A DNA stretch of 64,000 bases, taken from positions 232,745 to 296,744 of the forward strand of contig CAVZCG010000016.1 of the NCBI GenBank assembly GCA_963773675.1. The letters run 5' to 3'. Under the pieces are notes generated by a model, which saw only the letters and a list, made by a program, of their open reading frames with translations, was not told the DNA's origin and did no database searches. The stretch is from an uncultured Acidobacteriaceae bacterium. GTDB taxonomy: Bacteria > Acidobacteriota > Terriglobia > Terriglobales > Acidobacteriaceae. The position numbers and the translations under genes are program-made. The first letter of the stretch is position 1. Every line of letters begins with the position of its first letter. Positions 1 through 9,281 of the stretch are shown here, piece by piece.

Positions 1-150
1 CTAGTCTCTCGGTTACCGGTCGCAGTCAGTTCGCGGAGAGCCTCACGCTCTCCGCGTTTTTTTGCAGCTTTTTTTGGCATGATGAAGGCAACTTCTACAT
101 ACGCCCGCCCGAGCTTACGCGTATCTGTCTGATTCTTATCACTCCCGATC

Positions 151-165
151 TGGTATTTCACTTGC
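151..165 (+). promoter_or_regulatory. candidate sigma-54 (-24/-12) promoter
   Basis: TGGTAT-N5-TTGC at 151-165 (consensus TGGCAC-N5-TTGC), 40 nt upstream of the ATG at 205. A sigma-54 activator gene lies 2.3 kb downstream. The bare pattern TGG-N9-TTGC is expected several times by chance in 64 kb. Confidence 0.4.
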
Positions 166-204
166 CACTACCCAGCGCTGGAGGATCGAGCAACCATACC
201 CTGT

Positions 205-924
205 ATGGAGAACCATCAAGGCCGCGAACGTTGCAAATTGGGATACACGCTGCTCGCCCTCTGCCTTGGACTCGCTGTCAACCAGGGATGCGGCGGTCCT
301 GATGGACCCAACCAGACCCAGATCAGCGCGGCTCCCCCCGCCCAGCAGAATCTCCCCTTCCATCAAAATCCTGATCATGCCTCCGACGACAGCGCGCACC
401 CGGCAGTGCCCGCCGATCGCCCGTCGAGCAGCAGTACGCCTTTTCGAACCGGATCGCGTTCCAACGCTCACAGCCTGCCGGCCGGAACCCTCATCACTGT
501 TCGCTTAGATAGCTCCCTGCCCATCTCTCGAGTCCGTGCGGGCGACACATTTTCAGCGTCGCTGGCCGGCCCTGTTACCGTGGATGGAGACACAGCCATC
601 GAACGCGGCACGCCCGTCAGCGGGTGCGTTGAGTCTGCCCAACCGGCCGTCGATCGCCCCGGGTTGAGCCCTGATCCCGGATTTCTCCGCCTGACTTTGA
701 AGACTGTCACTGTCGATGGCAGCACCCTCGCTCTTCAGACTTCCAGCCTGTTCGCCAAAGCCACGTTGCAGCCGCAGGTTGGATCCGTTGCCGACGGTTC
801 CAACGCAGGATCGAGAGGCTTCTGGGTGCAAAAAGGACGCCGCCTGACTTTCAGGCTCACCGCCCCTGTCTCATTAGCCGGTTCCAATTCCATCGCCAAA
901 TATAGCAATGCTTCGAGCGAATGA
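205..924 (+). CDS. putative secreted lipoprotein, function unknown
   Basis: 239-aa ORF. The N-terminus LLALCLGLAVNQGC looks like a signal peptide with a lipobox-type Cys. No recognisable catalytic motif. Confidence 0.5.
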   Translation: MENHQGRERCKLGYTLLALCLGLAVNQGCGGPDGPNQTQISAAPPAQQNLPFHQNPDHASDDSAHPAVPADRPSSSSTPFRTGSRSNAHSLPAGTLITVRLDSSLPISRVRAGDTFSASLAGPVTVDGDTAIERGTPVSGCVESAQPAVDRPGLSPDPGFLRLTLKTVTVDGSTLALQTSSLFAKATLQPQVGSVADGSNAGSRGFWVQKGRRLTFRLTAPVSLAGSNSIAKYSNASSE

Positions 925-1198
925 TCCCCTAGCCTCGGCATCGCAAACCGCCCTTCCAACTAATTTGCTAGCCCCTTAAGCTGCACAATCAAAGTCTCTT
1001 TGCCTGTTTTCCACAGGCGAATTCTCCGCTTGAGTGACATATGCCCTTCGCAGTCTAGGATTGGCCCTCCTATAGTGGGAATCGAAATGTGGAGGCAAGT
1101 CAAACGAAGACCTGCCAATCCCATTTCGGGAACACCGAGGTATCAGGGAAGTAGTCCCGGGGTTCCTTTCGGCACCCTCCCCCGGCAAAGTATCAGTT

Positions 1199-2443
1199 AT
1201 GAACACTGCCACTCCATTTCCGTGGTCAGAGGTTTCCGCAACAGAGAACGCGCCGCCTGGTTTTCGTTCCATCTTCGAACTCGCTCCCATCGCGGCAGCC
1301 CGCTGTGACCGCGAAGGAGTGATCATCGAAATGAATCCCGCCTTTGAACAGGCACTGGAGCCTGATTTGGCGGAGCAAGAAGTATTGCGGCTCTGCGATT
1401 TGGTTTCTGCCGAAGATCGCGACACCACGGAGTCACTTCTGCGCCCCCTTCTGGATTCCACGTGCGACAGCATCCGCGTCGAAGCAAGACGAAAAAGCTG
1501 TGGCGCCGACGGCTTGGCAATCACCAACTGGACCGCATGGCGCTTGCCCGCTTCCGGCGATGCCCTCCCTCACGCTTTACTGATCGGCGAACCCAATCAC
1601 GAGATCGCTCCCGTAAACGAGAGTCTTCTGCAAACCCAGCGATGGGAAGCAGTAGGACGCCTGGCTGGAGGCATCGTTCATGACTTCAATAACGTCCTGA
1701 CCGGCGTCATGCTCTACTGTGATCTCTTACTCTCCAGCCTGGATGCGCGCGACTGCCGGCGCCGCTACGCCGTCGAAATTCGTTCCGCCATTCTGCAAGC
1801 CACCGGCTTGGTGCGCCAGTTGCTGGTCTTTGCCCGCCCGCAATCCAGCCAGGTCCGCGCTCTGTGCCTCAATCAAATTGCCCAGGACATGCAGGATCTG
1901 CTGACCCGTATGGTCGGCGGAAATATTAAGCTGGAGTTCCGCCTCGATCCGGACTTGGGCTTGGTCAAGATCGATCAGGCGCAAGCCCAGCAAATCATCC
2001 TCAACCTGGTTCTTAACGCCCGCGATGCTTTGACCGACGGCGGGAGCATCGTAGTGGAGACTGGCAACTGCAGATTTCAAACCGTGACAGGATCTTCGCT
2101 GGCTCGGCACGGTAACTCTGCCTTCCCCTGCGTTCTGCTGGTTGTCTCTGACAACGGCCGCGGCATGGACGCGAAAACTCGACAGCGTCTCTTCGAGCCT
2201 TTCTTCACTACCAAGAGTGCGGGCCAAGGCACCAGCTTGGGGCTCACCACGGTTCGCAGCATTGTCACCAATAACCGCGGACTGATCCACATCGAAAGTG
2301 AACCTGGCCAGGGAACGCGAGTCATGATTCTGCTGCCTCGGGCGTCCCAGTCGGCCGAAGCCGAGGTTCTGCAGACGGTCCATGCCCGTCCCGATTCATC
2401 ACCTACGCCACTTCAAGCAGTCAAAAAGGAATCACTCACATGA
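1199..2443 (+). CDS. PAS-domain sensor histidine kinase
   Basis: H-box GGIVHDFNNVLTGV, N-box LNLVLNARDA, G-boxes SDNGRGMD and GQGTSLGLTTV. Its stop overlaps the start of the downstream response regulator (ATGA at 2440-2443). Confidence 0.85.
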   Translation: MNTATPFPWSEVSATENAPPGFRSIFELAPIAAARCDREGVIIEMNPAFEQALEPDLAEQEVLRLCDLVSAEDRDTTESLLRPLLDSTCDSIRVEARRKSCGADGLAITNWTAWRLPASGDALPHALLIGEPNHEIAPVNESLLQTQRWEAVGRLAGGIVHDFNNVLTGVMLYCDLLLSSLDARDCRRRYAVEIRSAILQATGLVRQLLVFARPQSSQVRALCLNQIAQDMQDLLTRMVGGNIKLEFRLDPDLGLVKIDQAQAQQIILNLVLNARDALTDGGSIVVETGNCRFQTVTGSSLARHGNSAFPCVLLVVSDNGRGMDAKTRQRLFEPFFTTKSAGQGTSLGLTTVRSIVTNNRGLIHIESEPGQGTRVMILLPRASQSAEAEVLQTVHARPDSSPTPLQAVKKESLT

Positions 2444-3864
2444 CGTCAGCAGCTGTAAGTCCGTTAGTCGCTCAGCCCCAAATCCTGGCCGCCAACTATC
2501 TCAACCTTCTAATCGTCGACGACGAACGATCCATCCGCGAGGCTTGCCGCGAAGTCGCTCTGTCCCTCGGTTTCAACGCCTACGTCGCCGATTCCGCGGA
2601 GCACGCATTTCGTTTGCTGCAAACTCAATCTATCGATGCCGTTCTGCTCGATTTGCGCCTGCCCGGCGCAAGCGGCCTGGAGGCTCTACGCCAGATCAAG
2701 GCCCAACGTCCGGAAGCGCTGGTGATCGTCGTGACCGGCTACGGAACGGTGCAGTCGGCGGTACAAGCCATGAAGCACGGCGCCTACGAATACGTCACTA
2801 AGCCCTTCAGTATTGACGAACTCAAGCTGCTGCTGGAGCGCGTCTCCAACCATCTCAAACTGAAGACCGAAAACCGGATTCTGCGCGAGAAGCTGAAGTC
2901 CAAGCAGGGCTATGGTGGCCTCGTCGGCCGTGCTCCGGAGATGGAGAAGCTTTACCGCATCATCGCCAAGGCTGCCAACAGCTCGCATCCCGTGCTGATT
3001 CTCGGAGAAAGCGGCACCGGGAAGGAAATGGTCGCGCGCTCCATCCATTATTCCGGACCTTTTCACGACAAGCCGTTCATCCCCGTCGATTGCGGCTCCC
3101 TCGTCCCCACGCTGATTGAAAGCGAACTCTTCGGCTATGTCCGCGGCGCATTCACCGGCGCCAATCAAGCCAAGGACGGCCTGCTCGCGATCGCCGAGGG
3201 TGGCACCATATTTCTCGACGAAGTCGGCGAGCTTCCCGTCGATCTTCAATCCAAACTGCTGCGTGCGATTCAGGAAAAGGAGATTCGTCCCGTCGGCAGC
3301 ACGCGCCGCATTCCCATCAACGTCCGCATCCTGGCTGCCACCAACCGCGATCTGGAGCAGGCCGTGACCGAAGGCGCGTTCCGCCGCGACCTCTATTTCC
3401 GCCTGAACGTTCTCAGCTTGCGCATCCCGCCGCTGCGCGAACGCCGCGAGGATATCGCTCTGCTCGTCGCGCACTTTATGGAGCGTGCCTCCCGCGCCTC
3501 CGCACAAGAAAAAGTCCTCAGCGACGAAGCCCTCAAAGTCATGCTGGCCTATGACTGGCCGGGCAATGTCCGTGAACTCGAAAACTGTCTGGAACGCACC
3601 TGCGCCTTTACCAGCGGACCAGTCCTCCATGTTGCCGACCTACCTCCAGCCATCGCTTGCATCGCCGCGGTGGTCCCGGCGAACGGAAATGGGAACGGCA
3701 CCAGTCCCAACAGGATCGTACCTATGGCCGAGTTGGAGAAACAGACCATTCTCAGCGCTATCGCAGAACTGAACGGCGACAAGTTGCAAGCCGCTCGACT
3801 GCTCGGCATCGGCAAGACCACCCTATACCGCAAGCTGAAGGACTATGCCGAGCACGCTTATTAG
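2440..3864 (+). CDS. sigma-54-dependent Fis-family response regulator (NtrC type)
   Basis: Receiver domain (LLIVDDERSIRE ... AVLLDLRLPG). AAA+ sigma-54 interaction domain (GESGTGKE Walker A, GAFTGA loop, LFLDEVGEL Walker B). C-terminal Fis-type HTH (AARLLGIGKTTLYRKLK). Confidence 0.92.
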   Translation: MTSAAVSPLVAQPQILAANYLNLLIVDDERSIREACREVALSLGFNAYVADSAEHAFRLLQTQSIDAVLLDLRLPGASGLEALRQIKAQRPEALVIVVTGYGTVQSAVQAMKHGAYEYVTKPFSIDELKLLLERVSNHLKLKTENRILREKLKSKQGYGGLVGRAPEMEKLYRIIAKAANSSHPVLILGESGTGKEMVARSIHYSGPFHDKPFIPVDCGSLVPTLIESELFGYVRGAFTGANQAKDGLLAIAEGGTIFLDEVGELPVDLQSKLLRAIQEKEIRPVGSTRRIPINVRILAATNRDLEQAVTEGAFRRDLYFRLNVLSLRIPPLRERREDIALLVAHFMERASRASAQEKVLSDEALKVMLAYDWPGNVRELENCLERTCAFTSGPVLHVADLPPAIACIAAVVPANGNGNGTSPNRIVPMAELEKQTILSAIAELNGDKLQAARLLGIGKTTLYRKLKDYAEHAY

Positions 3865-3970
3865 GCGAGAAGTTCAATTGTGAAATGAATGCGGTGGCTT
3901 GAGCGATCCGCAACGGGAAGGGTGTCCTCAGCGCGACCCGTAACTCCCGTGTTTTCATCGCGAATTTTGT

Positions 3971-3985
3971 TGGAGGTCCGCTTGC
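3971..3985 (+). promoter_or_regulatory. weak candidate sigma-54 promoter
   Basis: TGGAGG-N5-TTGC. It would place the transcription start almost on the ATG at 3998 (a leaderless mRNA), so it is doubtful. Confidence 0.2.
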
Positions 3986-3997
3986 TACAGAACCGGC

Positions 3998-4483
3998 ATG
4001 ATCTTACTCATCACACCATCAGCACGCGGTCCAGAGTGCGCTACCACGGTGCAAGACTCCACCGGCAATGAAACCCATTGGGCTCAAAATCTTCAGCAAG
4101 CCTTGGCACGGCTGCGGGAGCAGTCCTACTCCGCAGTAGTGATCGATCAATTCCTTCTCGAAAACGAGCCCGCCGAAAGCGATCAGGTCCTCGAACATTT
4201 GGGCACAGCCTTCCCCGTCTACCTGAACTTCGCAATCAGCGGCATGGAACGCTTGCTCCGCGAAGTTCGTTCCGCTTTGCACCGTCGCAAACGTGAGGAA
4301 ACTCAGGCCCGCCGCTCCGTTGAGCAACAATTCCGTAGCGAAATGTGTGAAAGCCTGACTGCGATGTTGCTCTCCTGCGAACTCGCGATGGCCGTTCCCA
4401 ACGTTCCCGCCCCCGCCGCGGAGAAAATCCTCTCGGTAGACAATCTGGCACGCGAAATGCGGCAACGGTTAGGCGTCAGCTGA
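3998..4483 (+). CDS. receiver-like (possibly pseudo-receiver) protein with a C-terminal helical region
   Basis: 161-aa ORF. MILLITPS...AVVIDQFL has the layout of a CheY-like receiver but lacks the N-terminal acidic pair. The C-terminal FRSEMCESLTAMLLSCELA resembles a HisKA H-box with Cys in place of His. Confidence 0.45.
   Translation: MILLITPSARGPECATTVQDSTGNETHWAQNLQQALARLREQSYSAVVIDQFLLENEPAESDQVLEHLGTAFPVYLNFAISGMERLLREVRSALHRRKREETQARRSVEQQFRSEMCESLTAMLLSCELAMAVPNVPAPAAEKILSVDNLAREMRQRLGVS
4446..4460 (+). promoter_or_regulatory. candidate sigma-54 promoter upstream of the glycosyltransferase gene
   Basis: TGGCACG-N4-ATGC (one mismatch to TGGCACG-N4-TTGC) inside the 3' end of the preceding ORF, about 195 nt upstream of the ATG at 4654. 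Confidence 0.3.
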
Positions 4484-4653
4484 TCCCCTGATCTTCACCT
4501 GAGCCTCGAATCGTCTGTGGAGATGCAATCGTCTGGGGTCGGCTGTGAGTCGTTCCTAAAGCCATCCCAAGAATTCTTCGACTCCTCGCCCTGATTCGCA
4601 TTAGAATAGGCGAGCGCGACTCGCTGGGTGCCGCTTCCACCGCGGCATCCCGC

Positions 4654-5790
4654 ATGCTCCCCGGAGGCGCTTTGCACGTTCTCGTCACTGCCGATACCAT
4701 GTCCGGCTCCTGGACCTATGCTCGCGAGCTGGTCACCGGACTGGTCACGCGCGGAGTGCGCGTCACGCTAGTCACCTTCGGCGAGATTCCCCTACCCGAT
4801 CAGATTGCATGGATGGACCATCTCCATGGCCTCGAGTATCGTCCCACCGCTTTTCGCCTTGAGTGGATGGACGAGGCCCCGCAGGACCTGCTCGATTCTT
4901 CGCAATTCCTCGCGACCCTGGTAGGCGAAGTTCAGCCCGACCTGCTTCATCTGCATCAATTCTGCCACGGCGATCTTCAAGTCGATGTTCCCCGCGTGAT
5001 TATGGCCCACGGCGATCTCATTACCTGGAGCGAGGCCGTTCAAGGCTGTATGCCGCGCCCCACGCCTTGGCTCAAGTGGTACCGCGAGACCGTCGTCCGC
5101 GGCATCGCGGCCGCCGATGCGGTGATTGCGCCCTCGGTCTGGATGCTCGACGCTCTTCGCTCCACCTACACCGAGCCCCGCCGCGAGGTGGTGATTTACC
5201 CAGGCCGCAATCCCATCTTCTTCAATCCCTACATCAGCAAGGACGACTCCGTGCTTTCCGTTGGCCGCCTGGTCGATGCCGGCAAGCAAGTCTTCCTTCT
5301 CACCCAGCACGCTCATCCATTCCCAGTGTGTATTGTCGGTGCGGAGCAAACTGTGCCCGTCCCGCGCATCCCGATCCGTGCCGACGTAAAAGTTGCGACC
5401 GCCGAAGCCAGCGTCGCCATTCGCGGCCCTCAGACCGAAGCGCAACTCCGCTCGCTGTACAGCCGTGCCGCGGTCTATGCCGCCACTCCCCGTTACGAGC
5501 CTCTCGGCATGGCGCCGCTCGACGCTGCCTTCTCCCGCTGCGCCATCGTCGCCAATGACATCCCCAGCTTCCGCGAAGTCTGGGGCGATGCCGCCCTCTA
5601 CTTCCGCACCAACAACGCCGGAAGCCTGGCCTCAATCCTCCGCCAGTTGGATGCCGACCGGCCCCTGCGCCAGGCCTATGCCGACCGCGCCTTTGCCCGC
5701 GCCCGCGAGCGCTTCACCGCCCAGCGCATGATCGATCACCATCTCGATCTTTACCGCAGCCTCGTCAACACCAATTCTCTAGCCGCCTGA
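4654..5790 (+). CDS. glycosyltransferase, GT4/GT-B family
   Basis: 378 aa. The C-terminal motif PRYEPLGMAPLDAAFSRCAIVANDIPSFREVWG fits the E-x7-E type GT4 signature. Confidence 0.8.
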   Translation: MLPGGALHVLVTADTMSGSWTYARELVTGLVTRGVRVTLVTFGEIPLPDQIAWMDHLHGLEYRPTAFRLEWMDEAPQDLLDSSQFLATLVGEVQPDLLHLHQFCHGDLQVDVPRVIMAHGDLITWSEAVQGCMPRPTPWLKWYRETVVRGIAAADAVIAPSVWMLDALRSTYTEPRREVVIYPGRNPIFFNPYISKDDSVLSVGRLVDAGKQVFLLTQHAHPFPVCIVGAEQTVPVPRIPIRADVKVATAEASVAIRGPQTEAQLRSLYSRAAVYAATPRYEPLGMAPLDAAFSRCAIVANDIPSFREVWGDAALYFRTNNAGSLASILRQLDADRPLRQAYADRAFARARERFTAQRMIDHHLDLYRSLVNTNSLAA

Positions 5791-5803
5791 CGTCAGCAAG
5801 AAT

Positions 5804-5869
5804 GGGAAGGGCACGACTTCAGTCGTGCCACAAATGCTGCCTAGTCCATCCCGCCTTCAGGCGCTGAGG
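5804..5869. repeat. REP-like double-hairpin element (family A)
   Basis: GGGAAGGGCACGACTTCAGTCGTGCC hairpin followed by CGCCTTCAGGCGCTGAGG hairpin. The same architecture recurs at 9201, 40336, 42582, 42960 and 43330. Confidence 0.8.
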
Positions 5870-5996
5870 TTGAGAGGCCGGAATCCGGTAGTGGACTGTT
5901 TTAACCCCGAATCCGCCACCCCGCGACACGCACCCTCCCTTGGTGGTATCTTCTTATCCTTACTAGAAACCCGTAAGGTTGGAGGAATTACCACTC

Positions 5997-6227
5997 ATGG
6001 CTCAGGTAAAAATCACCGTCCGTCCCAATGGCCCGTTCCGTGTGGAGGCGCCCGAAGGTTCGGTCGAACTCGTCGACGCCAACGGCACTCCGTACGACCT
6101 GACCGGCAAGCCCGCCTTTTCGCTCTGCCGCTGCGGAGGCTCGGTCAACAAGCCTTTCTGCGACGGCACCCACAGCCGCATCGGATTCCAGGGCGCGGAA
6201 TTAGCCGTCAAAAAAGCCGACGGCTAG
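5997..6227 (+). CDS. CDGSH iron-sulfur domain protein
   Basis: CRCGGSVNKPFCDGTH matches the CDGSH 2Fe-2S motif C-x-C-x2-S-x3-P-x-C-D-G-x-H. GGAGGA lies 10 nt upstream of the ATG at 5997. The ORF track starts at a TTG at 5979. Confidence 0.8.
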   Translation: MAQVKITVRPNGPFRVEAPEGSVELVDANGTPYDLTGKPAFSLCRCGGSVNKPFCDGTHSRIGFQGAELAVKKADG

Positions 6228-6243
6228 AGAATCGGGGATCCAG

Positions 6244-8205
6244 ATGACCGACCGAACCGACCGCGAACTGGGCGACCGCGAACTAGGAATGAATCGCAGC
6301 ATCACGCGCCGCGACTTTCTCAACGGCGTGGCCGTCACCGCAGCCGCCACCCTGATGCCGTGGCATCTTTTCGCGGACGGCGATCCAGAGAAGGCGCCCG
6401 CCTACTACCCGCCCGCGCTCACCGGAATGCGCGGCAGCCATCCCGGCTCGTTTGACGCCGCACACGCCTTGCGTGATGGAACTTTCTGGGACACCGCCGG
6501 CACGCCCCAAGACACCGCCGAAACCTACGACCTCATCATCGTAGGCGGCGGCATCAGCGGCCTCTCCGCCGCGCATTTTTATCGCAAAACTGCGGGCACG
6601 AACGCCCGCATCCTCATCCTCGACAATCACGATGATTTCGGCGGACACGCCAAGCGCAACGAGTTCCGCGTCGGTAACGCATTCCGCCTCGGTTTTGGTG
6701 GAACGTATTCCATCGAAAGCCCCGCGCCCTACAGCAAGGAAGCTCGCGGCCTGATCGAAGAATTGGGCATCGACGTGGCATCGTACCCCAAGTATCACGA
6801 TGCCAAGCTGTATCGCTCTCTCGGCTTGCGTCCGAAAATCTTCTTCGATAAGGAAACCTTCGGCGAAGATCGTCTGGTCACCAGTCCCGCGTCGTTCGGC
6901 GGCGGTGAAAAAGATTACGCCAATGCCGTTAAGATCGAAGCCTGGAAGCAAATGCTCGCCGGGGCGCCCATCGCCCCGCAAGCCAAAATCGATTTCGATC
7001 GCCTGCTGCGCGATGAGCAGGATTATTTTCCCGGCCTCACCTCCACCGATAAAAAAGCTAAGCTCGCGCGCATCAGTTATGCCAGCTTCCTCACCGACGT
7101 CGTAAAAGTTCATCCCGATGTCGTAAAAGTTTTCCAGGCTGTGCCGCATCCCTTGTTTGGTGTAGGAATCGACGCGGTTTCGGCGCAGGATGCCTGGGGA
7201 TTCGATCTGCCCGGCTTCGAAGGAATGAAGCTCGATCCCGCGCCAGGCAAGGGCATGAATCGCGACGCAATCCCGAATGAAGAAGCCGAGAAATATTTCT
7301 TCCACTTCCCCGATGGCAACGCGACCATCGCGCGCCTTCTGGTGCGCAAGCTGATTCCGGATGCGATCGCAGGAAGCTCCGCCGCCGACATGGTGCTCGC
7401 AAAAGCAAATTACTCCAAGCTGGACTCGTCCGCATCACCCGTAAAGATTCGCCTCAACAGTACCGCGGTTCGCGTGAAGCACGTCGGCGATGCAACTGCC
7501 GCGAAGGAAGTCGAAGTAGCCTACGCCCGCGGCGGAAAGGGGTACACCGTTAAAGGGAAGAACTGCATTCTAGCCTGCTGGCACGTGGTCATCCCGTACA
7601 TCTGCGCAGAACTGCCGCAAAAACAGCTGGACGCGCTCGCCTCGGCGCAAAAAGTTCCATTGCTCTATACCAATGTCGCGCTCCGCAACTGGACGTCATT
7701 TCAGAAGCTGAATACGAATGCGGTTTACGCGCCCGGCTGTTATCACACCCGCGTCGGCCTCGATCTGGCGGTCAGCATCGGCGGCTACGAATGCGCCCGC
7801 AAGCCTGAAGAACCGATCGTGGTTCACATGATGAAGGCTGCCTGCCAGCCCGGCCGTCCGGCCCGCGAGCAGCACATGCTGGGCCGGATTGAATTGTTCC
7901 AAACGTCCTTTGAAACCATGGAGCGCGAGATTCGCTCCCAACTGGTGCGCACGCTCGCTGCTGGAGGCTTCGATCCGGCGCGCGACATTGCCGCGATTAC
8001 CGTCAACCGCTGGCCCCATGGTTACGCCTACGAATACAACTCGCTGTTTGATTCGTTCTGGCTGGAAGGCGGGGAGACTCCGTGCGAAGTGGCTAGAAAA
8101 CCCTTCGGCCGAATCGCTATTGCTAACGCCGATGCCGGCGCCTACGCCTACACAGATGAAGCCATCAACCAGGCATGGCGCGCGGTGGGTGAGTTGAAGA
8201 CCTAG
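6244..8205 (+). CDS. Tat-exported FAD/NAD(P)-dependent oxidoreductase (possibly spermidine dehydrogenase-like)
   Basis: Twin-arginine signal SITRRDFLNGVAVTAAA. Dinucleotide fold IIVGGGISGLSAA. 653 aa. The substrate assignment is only a recollection of family resemblance. Confidence 0.75.
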   Translation: MTDRTDRELGDRELGMNRSITRRDFLNGVAVTAAATLMPWHLFADGDPEKAPAYYPPALTGMRGSHPGSFDAAHALRDGTFWDTAGTPQDTAETYDLIIVGGGISGLSAAHFYRKTAGTNARILILDNHDDFGGHAKRNEFRVGNAFRLGFGGTYSIESPAPYSKEARGLIEELGIDVASYPKYHDAKLYRSLGLRPKIFFDKETFGEDRLVTSPASFGGGEKDYANAVKIEAWKQMLAGAPIAPQAKIDFDRLLRDEQDYFPGLTSTDKKAKLARISYASFLTDVVKVHPDVVKVFQAVPHPLFGVGIDAVSAQDAWGFDLPGFEGMKLDPAPGKGMNRDAIPNEEAEKYFFHFPDGNATIARLLVRKLIPDAIAGSSAADMVLAKANYSKLDSSASPVKIRLNSTAVRVKHVGDATAAKEVEVAYARGGKGYTVKGKNCILACWHVVIPYICAELPQKQLDALASAQKVPLLYTNVALRNWTSFQKLNTNAVYAPGCYHTRVGLDLAVSIGGYECARKPEEPIVVHMMKAACQPGRPAREQHMLGRIELFQTSFETMEREIRSQLVRTLAAGGFDPARDIAAITVNRWPHGYAYEYNSLFDSFWLEGGETPCEVARKPFGRIAIANADAGAYAYTDEAINQAWRAVGELKT

Positions 8206-9113
8206 CTACGAGCAGCGCTTGGCGTGCGCCGAGGCTGCGCGAGATTGCGCGTCACACGAGAAGGGGTTCTTCCCAGGCGCAAAGGAACGCCGTAGTGGTG
8301 CGCAACTTCAGCCGCGCCACCGGCCAGAGCGACCGCCATAACAAGAAAGATCGCAACGCGGCGCGGAGCCTGCTCCCGGAACGGTGCGACGAGAGCGATG
8401 ATGGCGCCCACGATCAATCCCGTGATCAGCCCACCAATGTGCGCGGCGTTGTCGATGCCGGGCATTGCCGCTCCGAAGACAAGATTGTAAAAAACAAAAG
8501 CGCCCAGGCTGCGCAGCGTCCCAGAAAGCGCTGCCCGCGGCACAGAAAATTCTCCCAGTTTAAATGCGGCAAGCAGTGCGCCGGCGAGTCCAAAGATGGC
8601 CCCCGAAGCGCCCACGCTCGGCCCGTAGGGATGCCACGCAACGCTGGTCAAACTGGATCCCACGCCGCAGACAAGATAGATCGCCACGTAGGTCCAGCGT
8701 CCGTAGAGCGACTCGGCCAGCGCACCTAGATTCCACAGGCACCACATGTTGAATGCGATGTGAATGATCCCGCCATGAACGAACACGCAGGTGAGCAACC
8801 GCCACCATTCGCCGCTCAGCGTGAGCGGTCCCCAGTTGGCGCCCCAGAGAATGGTCTCCTGAGGCGAGAAATCCATGATGGTGGAACCGGCGAGGGCCAT
8901 GCCCAGAAACACCGCAACGCAAATGCCGAAGATGATCTGCGTAACGCCGATCGTGGATTCGCCACCCCGGACCCAAGGCGTGCGCATGACGGGTTGCGGT
9001 GCGTCGACGATTTCTCCGCGCTGTGCAGCCTCATGCTGCACGCACCACTGGCAAATCTTCTTGCCAAAAGAAAAGCCGGGGAGCTGTCGACCACATCGAA
9101 TGCAGTTTGCCAT
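8202..9113 (-). CDS. rhomboid-family intramembrane serine protease with an N-terminal zinc ribbon
   Basis: Motifs HGGIIHIAFNM, GASGAIFGL (GxSG) and AHIGG. N-terminal CIRCG...CQWC. Confidence 0.85.
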   Translation of the reverse strand: MANCIRCGRQLPGFSFGKKICQWCVQHEAAQRGEIVDAPQPVMRTPWVRGGESTIGVTQIIFGICVAVFLGMALAGSTIMDFSPQETILWGANWGPLTLSGEWWRLLTCVFVHGGIIHIAFNMWCLWNLGALAESLYGRWTYVAIYLVCGVGSSLTSVAWHPYGPSVGASGAIFGLAGALLAAFKLGEFSVPRAALSGTLRSLGAFVFYNLVFGAAMPGIDNAAHIGGLITGLIVGAIIALVAPFREQAPRRVAIFLVMAVALAGGAAEVAHHYGVPLRLGRTPSRVTRNLAQPRRTPSAARS

Positions 9114-9200
9114 GAATATTAAAGAGTATCAGCACTTGTCAGAATTTGGGGAAGTTGACCCGGTCTTGGGAAGAGTTGGCCAGGTCAGATTGGCAGGTTC

Positions 9201-9267
9201 GGGAAGGGCACGGCTTTTAGCCGTGCCGGTCAAGCCGGGGACGAATTTCGGGCTTCAGCCCCTGAGG
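9201..9267. repeat. REP-like double-hairpin element (family A)
   Basis: GGGAAGGGCACGGCTTTTAGCCGTGCC plus GGGCTTCAGCCCCTGAGG, in the intergenic space between the rhomboid and VWA genes. Confidence 0.8.
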
Positions 9268-9281
9268 GACATCCTTGCAAA

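Noticed and set aside
1-80. Minus-strand ATG at 80 opening a frame (MPKKAAKKRGEREALRELTATGN...) that runs off the left edge.
   Set aside because: Only 26 codons are visible, with no RBS and no motif, so it cannot be supported as a gene from this window.
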